Assembly: GCA_046290225.1 (NCBI GenBank)
Contig: JBKAGE010000076.1
Location: 48,775 to 112,774 of the forward strand
Source of the DNA: Bradymonadia bacterium
Lineage (GTDB): Bacteria > Myxococcota_A > Bradymonadia > UBA7976 > UBA1532
Length of the DNA stretch: 64,000 nt
Reading direction: 5' to 3'
Part shown: positions 11,201 through 18,941 of the stretch, in pieces
Layout: every line of letters begins with the position of its first letter
How positions within the stretch are numbered: position 1 is the first letter of the stretch
The notes under the pieces: generated by a model
The model's database searches: none
What the model was told of the DNA's origin: nothing
What the model saw: the letters and a program-made list of their open reading frames with translations, nothing else
Made by a program: the position numbers and the translations under genes

Positions 11201-11801
11201 TGGCGCCCGACTGCACCGACCAGCATCGCTGAGCGCTCGGGGTCAGGGTGACTTCGGGTGTATAGCTGCACACCTCATCCTCACCGGGGCACCCGGCTTC
11301 GGCCCGGGTGACGGTCTTCACGGCCTGCTCACCGAGATCGGTGGTGACGGTCAGCTGAAAGTCATCGTCACCGATCCCCGACGTCCAGGTATAGGTCGGG
11401 CGCGGGCTGGTGGACGCCACCAGGGGCGAGAGGAGGGTGGGCTCTGAGGCGCCCAGAGAGAACGACATCCACTCGGAGACAGGCCCGTCGCCCATGCCCC
11501 AGGGCTTCACCTGCCATTGCCCATCACCGGGCACGTCGAAGTCGACGCCCGCCACGGCGCAGATCCTACGCGCCTCGGAGCAGTGGGCACTCGCGGAGAA
11601 CCACGTGCCCTGGTTGCCATCAGGGTGCAGGATCGTGAGCCTGTACCAGAGCGCGTCTTCTACATGAGTCCAGACAAAGTTGAGGCGCTCTGGCGCCACC
11701 CCCTGATCCCCCATGGGTCCCAGAAGGGTGGGCGCCTCTTGAGGCTGCGCCATGGCCGCGGCCCCCCAGAGCGTCATCAACGCGAGTGTGGGTTTGAACA
11801 T
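8223..11801 (-). CDS. Large secreted protein with FG-GAP-like repeats and C-terminal fascin-like beta-trefoil repeats
   Basis: Likely start MFKPTLALMTLWGAAAMA after a GGAG RBS; repeats DLNQDGYDEL, DLDGNGSPEM, DFDGDG, DIDEDGKDEL; C-terminal VALxxxGxYVxAxxGGGxxLxAxR..WE.F repeats. Confidence 0.8.
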   Translation of the reverse strand: MFKPTLALMTLWGAAAMAQPQEAPTLLGPMGDQGVAPERLNFVWTHVEDALWYRLTILHPDGNQGTWFSASAHCSEARRICAVAGVDFDVPGDGQWQVKPWGMGDGPVSEWMSFSLGASEPTLLSPLVASTSPRPTYTWTSGIGDDDFQLTVTTDLGEQAVKTVTRAEAGCPGEDEVCSYTPEVTLTPSAQRCWSVQSGAISSGTECYTTTQWHTIEQISGTPQGAGVAVGQLDDDPRPDLVAVVYLDENGDPHSGPNQFYVRIGWNLDHAGHTDDWDWHTVMNGFGHQGQGAGVELIDLNQDGYDELIFMANDNPQGANSFRYQVYATSGGGLFNTLDQSDVLTLPGLGNEAQGAGISTADLDGNGSPEMLVMAYDNPNGPNSFRYRVARDLGALGAPGSMGHQVEIAGLGDVARGAGIAIGDFDGDGAPGLALLANDAPCGREELRLKISHQLHGSGVAGAFEDTWHIPSLEHTAAAALTAYDIDEDGKDELIAMVATDDVYAYRVIQTEQRPGLTYTPPAFADQADADGDGLADAVENALGQYFAPYVRFDSDEHARRPHEPATLLRVSPIRDLGEAGEIVQLRYLMLFEQDGGYLPLDTAAHWRDTATVKLHVRRTEHAGQSMFTLVSAQVGDRHRWVAGSGAECTHASCAHLAISDPIFQGGHHIQVYPAAGTHTLYLDRSADHLPAPSALVPGGLMDHVNGCGLSRQIEVYGSADQPQPPAGMQVCRALSGLGHNNVGEGPGAGFVEDLDDFCFFDRDVWSAAPFGEAGHTLSVSEAIGGQGALNMFDPEAYASVSRSGRKVALMARNHRYVHLQFLIDMGIGQTTVFSWGDHPEADMPYLDESSTFEMIELGNNQVAFKGDNGHFITAEDDLWGSLTVHTPWIGPWEIFTLEPQGNGRVALRTVHDRYVGVSPDGEILAYQADVGFWEMFELQALDAGPVALQTAEGFFVGQDPDGSMISDAIAPLPLQMVSVGEEQVGLRLPNGRFVGVEGGDDGEVYSDARWLRSWEKFDLIELGFGFVALSTGGAHHLRDGEDGLLVADGAQGAQDTRFTLVDLAGTPVAIQGVDGRYVQVTPNGIALTGTQVDASTTFDFVNLGGLEIALRHDGEYVRAVNGGGGQLLADRSWILSHERFDLVPNADGTISLRTATTQQFVTAENGGGEPLVANRPSNHAWERFRLIALPR

Positions 11802-12012
11802 CTCGGCTTCTCCATCAACGTTGCGGCCCGAGGGGCCTGATCGCCGATTACAAAGCCGGTGGGGTTTTCTTTCGCCGAGGTGAAAAATCACGAGCGCTTT
11901 CATACGCCCAAGTGGGCAACCGCCTCATCTACCGTCCTGGTGGCGACGGTCGCAGAGAGCACGAAGCATGGTGTAAGGTCCCGCGCCATCCAGGGTCTAA
12001 GTTGAGGACCCC

Positions 12013-14439
12013 TTGATCAATCGGAAAGCCACACCGGTGAACGCCGCCCCCAATACACGCTGGTCGCTCACGCTGAGCACCCTGTTGCTGTTGTCGCTCC
12101 CAGTGACCCTGCTGCTGGCCCATGCCGCGGAATACATGCCCTTTGTCGCCGACGATGCGCTGATCTCGTTGCGGTATGCCGATCGGCTGCTCGCGGGTGA
12201 GGGACTGAACTGGACCGCAGGGGCCCCAGTGGAGGGCTATTCGAACCTGCTCTGGATTCTGCTCGACGCTGCTCTGGGGGTCTTGGGTGTCGATCTCATC
12301 GACGGCGCTCGATTGTTGGGGATGGCCAGCACCGTGGGGGTGTTGTGGGCCATGGGGCGTCTGCACGGTGGCGGGGGTTTGCCTGGCCTACTGGCGATCT
12401 GGGTGGCTGGGGCGGCCTTTGTGCTGTGTGGTCCGGTGGCGATCTGGGCCATCGGCGGCCTCGAGCAGCCCCTCGTGGCATTTCTGCTGGCCTGGGGCGT
12501 GGTCCGGTGGGGCTCGATCTCGGCGACGACCACGCTGCGCGAGGCCATCTCTGCAGGCATCCCCCTGGGCTTGCTGTGTCTGACCCGACCTGACGGCGCT
12601 CTGCTGGCGGGGCTCTTCGGCCTCACCCTCGTCATCCTCGACCGGGGCCGAAAGCGGGCTTGGCGCCAAGCGGTGGGGCTGGGTCTCTGGCCCGTGGGGC
12701 TCACCCTCGCCCAGCTGATCTTCAGGCTGGCCTACTACGACGACTGGGTCCCCAACACAGCCCACCTCAAAGCCAGCTGGACCTCGGTACGCTTCTGGGA
12801 GGGGGTCGATTACATCATCGCCGGCCTCGAAGGCTGCGCCCCTCTGGCGCTGTTGAGCACTCTGGGCATCTATGCCGCCATCTGTGGGCACCGGCGCCGA
12901 GAGGCGGTGCTGTTGGTGGTCGTGTCGGTGGTGTGGCTGGGCTATGTGGCCTCGGTAGGCGGCGACATCTTCCCCGCTCACCGGCACCTGCTCCCCGCGC
13001 TGGCCTGCTTTGCTCTGCTCTCGGCGAGCGGCATCCGGTGGCTCACCACCGATCTCGCCCCCAAACACGTGGGGGCCTGGGGTCTGATGTCGGTGGCCCT
13101 GCTGTACGGCCACTACGCCCTCCAGGGCCACGACTTCGCCAACAAGCGCGCCAAGATGGAGCGCTGGGAGTGGGACGGCCTGACCATCGGGCCCATGCTC
13201 CGCGCCGCCATCGGTGATCGAGATCCGCTGCTGGCCGTGACCGCCGCCGGCGCCCTGCCCTACTTCTCGGGCTTCCGCAGTCTCGATATGCAGGGCCTCA
13301 ACGACCGGCACATCGCCCAGCAGCCTCCACAAAAGGGCGCATGGCTCGCCCATGATCGAGGCGACGGCAAATACGTGCTCGATCAGAAGCCCGATCTCAT
13401 GGTCTTCGGTGGCGTGATCGGCGGACCGCCGAAGTTCGTCTCCGGCAGTCAGATGTACCGGGACAAACGGCTCAAGCGTCACTACCGCATGATCACCCTC
13501 GAGGGCTTCGACCCGCACCGGGCGGTGAGCCGCCCCTGGGTGCGCCTCGATGGTGCCCTGGGCCTGCAGATCTCACCCGATCGCGTCGAGGTGCCCGGGC
13601 ACTTCTTCTCCGAGTCGGTGGGCCAGCCCCTGAGCGATGGGCGCCTCGGCGCCCGGTTCACTGAAGACACCCCCGCCGAGAGCCTGCACGTTCAACTCTC
13701 CCCCGGCCCGTGGCAGGTGGAGATCATGCCTCCGGAGGCGAATCTGCAGGTGGAGATCGTCAATGTGGGCGATCAGCCCGCGCAGGCAGTGGCTGGGCCC
13801 AAAGGGGGCATACAGATCGCGAAGACGCAGCGTGTTCAGCTGCGGCTCACCGCCCGCAGGGCAGACACCGTGGTGTCGAGCATCGCCCTGGTGAAGCGAT
13901 CTTTCGGAGGACAACGACGATCCCTCGCCCCCAAGGCGTCGGTGACGCTTCACACGCCGAAGCTCACCCCCCGAACCATGGTGAAGGTGATCGGCAGCTT
14001 CAAAGAAGGCCTCGACGGCTGGCACGTCTCGGGCGACGCCTTTGAGCGGAACCCTCACCACGGCCCCAAGGGCAAGTACAGCAAACGGCAAAAAGGCATG
14101 AAGGGCTACACAGGCCCCATGCTCAACACGTACCACGGCGAAGATGGGGACGAGGCCCGCGGGTGGGCCTCGAGCCCGACCTTCACCCCAGAGCAGGGGC
14201 AGATTCTGGAGTTCCGCATCGGCGGCGGCGACAACCGGGTGGAGCTGCAATTGCTCGATGTGGCCGACGGCATCGAGCGCCCGGTGATGGCCTGGACCGG
14301 CCCGCGCTCAGAAGCGCTGGAGACCCGCCGGTATGACCTCTCTCTTCATGCAGGCCGCACACTTCGGCTGAAGCTGGTAGACGACGCCGACCTCGGCTGG
14401 GGACACATCACCCTCGATGAAGTTCAAATCCTCCGTTGA
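12013..14439 (+). CDS. Polytopic membrane glycosyltransferase (AftB/GT-C-like) with C-terminal soluble beta domains
   Basis: DDALISLRYA..GEGLNW..VEGYSNLLW, TRPDG, YYDDWVPNT..K, VGGD.F..R, AGALPYFS..DMQGLND motifs; C-terminal WGHITLDEV-type beta-sandwich. Start uncertain. Confidence 0.72.
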   Translation: MINRKATPVNAAPNTRWSLTLSTLLLLSLPVTLLLAHAAEYMPFVADDALISLRYADRLLAGEGLNWTAGAPVEGYSNLLWILLDAALGVLGVDLIDGARLLGMASTVGVLWAMGRLHGGGGLPGLLAIWVAGAAFVLCGPVAIWAIGGLEQPLVAFLLAWGVVRWGSISATTTLREAISAGIPLGLLCLTRPDGALLAGLFGLTLVILDRGRKRAWRQAVGLGLWPVGLTLAQLIFRLAYYDDWVPNTAHLKASWTSVRFWEGVDYIIAGLEGCAPLALLSTLGIYAAICGHRRREAVLLVVVSVVWLGYVASVGGDIFPAHRHLLPALACFALLSASGIRWLTTDLAPKHVGAWGLMSVALLYGHYALQGHDFANKRAKMERWEWDGLTIGPMLRAAIGDRDPLLAVTAAGALPYFSGFRSLDMQGLNDRHIAQQPPQKGAWLAHDRGDGKYVLDQKPDLMVFGGVIGGPPKFVSGSQMYRDKRLKRHYRMITLEGFDPHRAVSRPWVRLDGALGLQISPDRVEVPGHFFSESVGQPLSDGRLGARFTEDTPAESLHVQLSPGPWQVEIMPPEANLQVEIVNVGDQPAQAVAGPKGGIQIAKTQRVQLRLTARRADTVVSSIALVKRSFGGQRRSLAPKASVTLHTPKLTPRTMVKVIGSFKEGLDGWHVSGDAFERNPHHGPKGKYSKRQKGMKGYTGPMLNTYHGEDGDEARGWASSPTFTPEQGQILEFRIGGGDNRVELQLLDVADGIERPVMAWTGPRSEALETRRYDLSLHAGRTLRLKLVDDADLGWGHITLDEVQILR

Positions 14440-14669
14440 GGCTTTCTCCTGAATGGCACCCGGCCCATTGCAGTCTTGGGCTCGGGGCAGCGACCACAAT
14501 CGGGAAAATCATCTCGAAGAATATTCAACAGAAGGGAAAAGAATCGCTTGGCCCCCCTGTAAACACCCACCAGAGCCCCCTGCCTCTCCTGTATTTATAT
14601 CTATGGAAATGTAGGGGTCTTGGAAGCGCGGACAGAAACAGGTAACAGAAGGACTCTCTGGGGAGAGAG

Positions 14670-15536
14670 ATGCAGACCGACGACGCCCTCGATCAACTCA
14701 TCCGGCAGGCTCTCGCCGAGTCGAAGCCCGTGGCTGACGCCAACGAGCAGGCGGATGATCACGACCTCGACGACGGGGCGTGGGCACAGTGGGCCCTCGG
14801 CACCCTGAGCGACGCCGCACGGGATCAGGTCGAGGGTCGGCTCGCAGCCGACGCCGAGGCCAGAGCCCTGGCTCAAGCACAGCGCGAGCCCGTGTCGGAA
14901 GACCTCGCGCAGTGGGCCCTCGAGCAATGGGTCGATGTGCAGAGCGGCGCGTCGTCAAATCAAGCCGGACCTTCGGCACCCGCTGAGCCAGCCCCAACGA
15001 CGTCGGACACAGACGGCAAGGTGGTCTCGCTCTGGGGCTGGCGCGCCTGGCCCCTGGCAGCGGCGGCCGCCGTGGCCATCACCGTGGGCAGCGTGCTGTG
15101 GTCCACCTCGGGCGTGGTGCCCGGACCTCAATACACCGCGGGGCCGCTCATGGGCAGCGCCCGCACCATGCGGTCCGAAGAGCCCGGCACCGGCGTGTTC
15201 CTGCCCGACAGCAGGCTACAGGTCGATCTCAAACCCCCAGCAGAGCGGGAGACCTTCCCTCAAGTGGTGGTCTACGCGGGGCCCGAGTCAGGGCCCTTCA
15301 ACCGCATCGACGACGCCAAGATCGTACAAGGCTTCGGCGGCGCCCTTCGCCTCAAGGCCCGAGCCGGTGATCTCTTCGCAGATCACTTCGGCCCCAGCCT
15401 GCTCGCTGTTTCTCTGGGACCCTGGTCTCAACCTCCAGCCACGCTCGACGGCCTCGATGACGCCGATCGACGTCAGTGGTTGCGCTTCCCCGTGGACTAT
15501 CGAAAGACACCGCCCTCAACAGGAGAGCAGCCATGA
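14670..15536 (+). CDS. Putative anti-sigma factor (zinc-free ASD-like N-terminus, single TM, extracytoplasmic domain)
   Basis: WALGTLSDAARDQVEGRLAADAEARAL resembles a zf-HC2/ASD helix pattern without His/Cys ligands; TM WPLAAAAAVAITVGSVLW; co-oriented with an ECF sigma gene. Confidence 0.65.
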   Translation: MQTDDALDQLIRQALAESKPVADANEQADDHDLDDGAWAQWALGTLSDAARDQVEGRLAADAEARALAQAQREPVSEDLAQWALEQWVDVQSGASSNQAGPSAPAEPAPTTSDTDGKVVSLWGWRAWPLAAAAAVAITVGSVLWSTSGVVPGPQYTAGPLMGSARTMRSEEPGTGVFLPDSRLQVDLKPPAERETFPQVVVYAGPESGPFNRIDDAKIVQGFGGALRLKARAGDLFADHFGPSLLAVSLGPWSQPPATLDGLDDADRRQWLRFPVDYRKTPPSTGEQP

Positions 15537-18259
15537 GGATGACCTCTCGAAAGACTGGCTTGAAAGCCCTGGCCCTCAGCGCCGCCACCATGTCGCTGAT
15601 GACCGGATGCCCCATCGGCGAAGCGAGCGACAGCGCCAGCACAGGCACCACTGACGCCGCGATGCGCGGTGACATCGACCGCCAGGGTGACCCAGCCCGC
15701 CGAGGCGACGCTCGACGCCCTGCCCCCGACGCAGAGCCGGCTCGTGAGCGCGAGCCTGAGCCGCTGCCCGTGGGTGCTGGCCACGTGATTGTCGACGTCG
15801 CCCCAGTGTTCACTGATCCAGCAGCTGACGGGGTGAGGTTCGGCGCCGAGAGCTCACGTGGGCTCGTCGGCGACGGCTGGCGCCGTTACTACGAGGTGCG
15901 CTTCCGCCTCGACGACGGCGCCCCCTCTGACGGCCTGGGCATCCCGGACGACGTGGTGGCCCAGGTGGGCCCCGAGCTTCAGGGCGCCTGCCGCAGCGAT
16001 CGCTACTTCGTGCACTTCCCAGAGTCGGACTGGCCCAACGCCCCCTCGGACGGCTTCGAGGAAGCCCTCCGCCGCGGCATGGGGCAACAGGGGTGGTGGT
16101 TCACGCCCCCCGAGGAGCCTGATCATCGACCCCTCCATGACCGCACATGGTTGCGGGCAGAGAATGAAGCCCAATGTCACGTGGTGGAGGCGATCCGCGA
16201 GGCCGCGGCCAGAGCGGAAGAGATCCGGCCTGATCGGATGGATCGCATCCGCGTGGGCCGCGTCTGCGAGTTCAACGGCATGGGCACCCCGGAGGCCTAC
16301 TCAGGCCCCATGGTGAGCTGGCACCTCGAGCGCATGGGCGTCGACGCCGTGCCCGAGCTGCCCAACGTGGGCCCGGTGGTGGATCTATTGCTCTTCGACT
16401 CGGGCATCCGCCCAGAGGCCAACATCCAGGGGGTGGTGGAGCACCCTCCGGTGAGCCTGTTCCCCCTCGCTGATCCGACCTACGACACCCCGGCCCCCCA
16501 CGGCACCTACATGGCGCAGCTGATGCGTCAGCTGATCCCTCGGGAGCAGGCCACCATCCACAGCTGGCGGGTGATGGACGAGTTCGGCCGGGGCACCACC
16601 CACGATCTGGCCCGCTCGATGTACGAAGCCCTCGTGCGTCGGGATCGACCGGTGCCGGCGGTGGTGAACCTGAGCCTGGGCTGGCCCGCCGAGCTGAACC
16701 GCAAGCGCCAGCTCTACACCCAGGTGAGCGAAGGCAGCGTGCCCTCCTGCGGCCTCGACGACAACGGCCGCCCCCGCGAGGGTGTGGAGTCGGGGATCGG
16801 TGAGGCGGCCCGCTTCATCATCGATCACGGCCGTAAGGTCGACGAGGGCCCCCTCGACGTGGCGATCTTCGCCGCTTCGGGGAACCGCCCTGGTCGCGAG
16901 GTGGTCACGGATCGCCAGCGCGCCAACGATCTCGCCCCCTCGAACGACTACGACGATCCCTGTGCTGTGGGCGAGGCGTTGGAGTCGGCCCCCTGGTCGA
17001 TGCCTGCAGAGTGGAGCTTCGTCCCCACGAGCTGTGAGCCGGGCGTCGACGGCGCCAACGGCACGAGCCACTTCGCCCTCACGGCCGTGGGTGTCTCGGA
17101 CGGTCTCGAGGGCCAGGGTTTCATGGCCCGCCCCCACCGCGACGCAGCCCTGGTGGCCCCCGGTGAGCTGGTGGTGGTGGGGGCCGAGACGCCCTCGCCC
17201 ACGCATGTCTCCGGCAGCTCTGCCTCCACGGCCCTGGTGAGCGCGGCAGCGGCCCGCTTGCAGATCCGCCGCGCCGCCGAAGGACTGAAAGCCCTCTCCG
17301 GCCGCGCGCTGACGCAGCACCTCTACCTCACTGGTGTGCCGATGCTGGACGCTGGTGGGGATCGCCTCACGGCCCGCAACCTGGATGTAGAGACGGGCGG
17401 CCAGGCCCGCCGCCTCTCGGTCTGCCGCGCCGAAGCGACGCTGCACTGTCAGGCGGCCTGCCCAGGCTGCCCGAGCGGCCAGGCATGTGGCGAAGCGATG
17501 CTCGTCTGCGCCGAGAACTCCGGCAACGCCGCCACATCGCCTCTGCCGGGCTTCAACGGCGTGAGCACCACTCCCTTGCGGGTGATCGAGACCTGCGAGG
17601 CAACCTGCCTGCAGACCTGCCTGCAGCACGCAGAGCGTCGGGGCATCAGCTGCCGCACACAGGAGCCGGAGGCGGCGCCGACCTGGGCTCCTGAAGGCAT
17701 CGACGCGTTTGAGCAGTCAAACCCGGCCCCGTTTGAAACGCACGATCCTATCGTTTTCGCTGACCCTGCTCTGAACGATTACCTTGCCTTTGAGCTGGAC
17801 GACGAAGGTCTGCCCATCCCTGATGTCTACAGCGTAGGGGAGCTTGGGCCTCAGCCGATCATCCCCTTCTGCCCCGACTGCTTCGCCAAGGTGTTCAACC
17901 CCATCGATGCGATATCGAACCCTGCGAACAAACTGTCGATGGATCTATTCATCCAGCCCAACGAACAGTACATCACCAAAACAGGAGAGCCCTCTGTTGC
18001 AGTGATGGGGATCACAGCCAAGGTATTCCTGCCTTCAGGTGCAATGCACACCGTCGACTTGGAGCCTCCAGCCAACATCGGAGCTTGGTTGCCAGGCCAG
18101 GCAGCGGCCGCCTACGAGATTCCTCTGGGCAACTACTTGGGTGAGCTGAAAGGCACCAAGGTTGTGCTCTACAGCAAGCTGCTTGTCCTCAAGGGTGAGT
18201 ATGCAGAAAAGACATTCTTTGATGAATCCATTGTTTACGTGACAGTGGAAAACCAATGA
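15533..18259 (+). CDS. S8 subtilisin-like serine peptidase, lipoprotein
   Basis: ATGA overlap and AGGAG RBS; lipobox LMTGC; triad LLFDSG / PHGTYMA / SGSSASTALVS, VVNLSLG and oxyanion AASGN; Cys-rich and unique C-terminal regions. Confidence 0.85.
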   Translation: MRMTSRKTGLKALALSAATMSLMTGCPIGEASDSASTGTTDAAMRGDIDRQGDPARRGDARRPAPDAEPAREREPEPLPVGAGHVIVDVAPVFTDPAADGVRFGAESSRGLVGDGWRRYYEVRFRLDDGAPSDGLGIPDDVVAQVGPELQGACRSDRYFVHFPESDWPNAPSDGFEEALRRGMGQQGWWFTPPEEPDHRPLHDRTWLRAENEAQCHVVEAIREAAARAEEIRPDRMDRIRVGRVCEFNGMGTPEAYSGPMVSWHLERMGVDAVPELPNVGPVVDLLLFDSGIRPEANIQGVVEHPPVSLFPLADPTYDTPAPHGTYMAQLMRQLIPREQATIHSWRVMDEFGRGTTHDLARSMYEALVRRDRPVPAVVNLSLGWPAELNRKRQLYTQVSEGSVPSCGLDDNGRPREGVESGIGEAARFIIDHGRKVDEGPLDVAIFAASGNRPGREVVTDRQRANDLAPSNDYDDPCAVGEALESAPWSMPAEWSFVPTSCEPGVDGANGTSHFALTAVGVSDGLEGQGFMARPHRDAALVAPGELVVVGAETPSPTHVSGSSASTALVSAAAARLQIRRAAEGLKALSGRALTQHLYLTGVPMLDAGGDRLTARNLDVETGGQARRLSVCRAEATLHCQAACPGCPSGQACGEAMLVCAENSGNAATSPLPGFNGVSTTPLRVIETCEATCLQTCLQHAERRGISCRTQEPEAAPTWAPEGIDAFEQSNPAPFETHDPIVFADPALNDYLAFELDDEGLPIPDVYSVGELGPQPIIPFCPDCFAKVFNPIDAISNPANKLSMDLFIQPNEQYITKTGEPSVAVMGITAKVFLPSGAMHTVDLEPPANIGAWLPGQAAAAYEIPLGNYLGELKGTKVVLYSKLLVLKGEYAEKTFFDESIVYVTVENQ

Positions 18260-18276
18260 GAGACTGAACTCAATCT

Positions 18277-18927
18277 ATGCTCATCATCGCTCTGCTCAGC
18301 CTGTGCCTGAGCGTAGCCCTCAAGGCCAACGCTCAGGATCAAGACAAGCGTCTCATCACCGAGGCGCTGAGCGGAGATCGTACATCGATGCAGCAGATCA
18401 TTCGACGTCTGCTGCCAGTGATACAGTCACGGGTACGGGTCTACCTTTCGAGACGTTCGGGACAACGGCTCGGAGGGCAAGACGCAGATGACCTGATTCA
18501 GGAAATCTGGTTGGCTCTCATCAAAGACGAAGGCCGTGTGCTCATGGCGTATGACCCCGACAGGGGCATGTCACTCGAGGGATACACGGGCCTCATATGC
18601 CGCAGGGAGCTGTGGCGCAGGGCTGAATCGAGCCAAAGTGAACGCCGGGGGGGCCACTTGAAGCTGGTCGAGCTTGATGAAGCGAGAGACACTCAGAGTC
18701 AGGAGAACCCAGAGCAACTTACTGTCGCTCGCGGAGATCTCAAACGACTCTATACATACCTGATGACCGAGTTGCCACCCAGAGGACAACTGGTATTGAT
18801 GGCGCTGTATGAGGATGGTCTTTCTGCCGAACAAGCGGCAGAATTCGTCGGCGTCACCAAACAGGTCATCTACAACTGGCAACACAAAATCCGAAAGCTG
18901 TCCCGCGCTTTTCTCGCGCCAACCTAG
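18277..18927 (+). CDS. ECF-type RNA polymerase sigma factor
   Basis: Region 2 (DADDLIQEIWLAL..YDPDRG.SLEGY) and region 4 HTH (LPPRGQLVL..LYEDGLSAEQAAEFVGVTKQVIYNWQHKIR). Confidence 0.92.
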   Translation: MLIIALLSLCLSVALKANAQDQDKRLITEALSGDRTSMQQIIRRLLPVIQSRVRVYLSRRSGQRLGGQDADDLIQEIWLALIKDEGRVLMAYDPDRGMSLEGYTGLICRRELWRRAESSQSERRGGHLKLVELDEARDTQSQENPEQLTVARGDLKRLYTYLMTELPPRGQLVLMALYEDGLSAEQAAEFVGVTKQVIYNWQHKIRKLSRAFLAPT

Positions 18928-18941
18928 CTCAACTGCACATC

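Noticed and set aside
9189..11447. 752-aa plus-strand ORF
   Set aside because: Antisense shadow of the fascin/FG-GAP gene.
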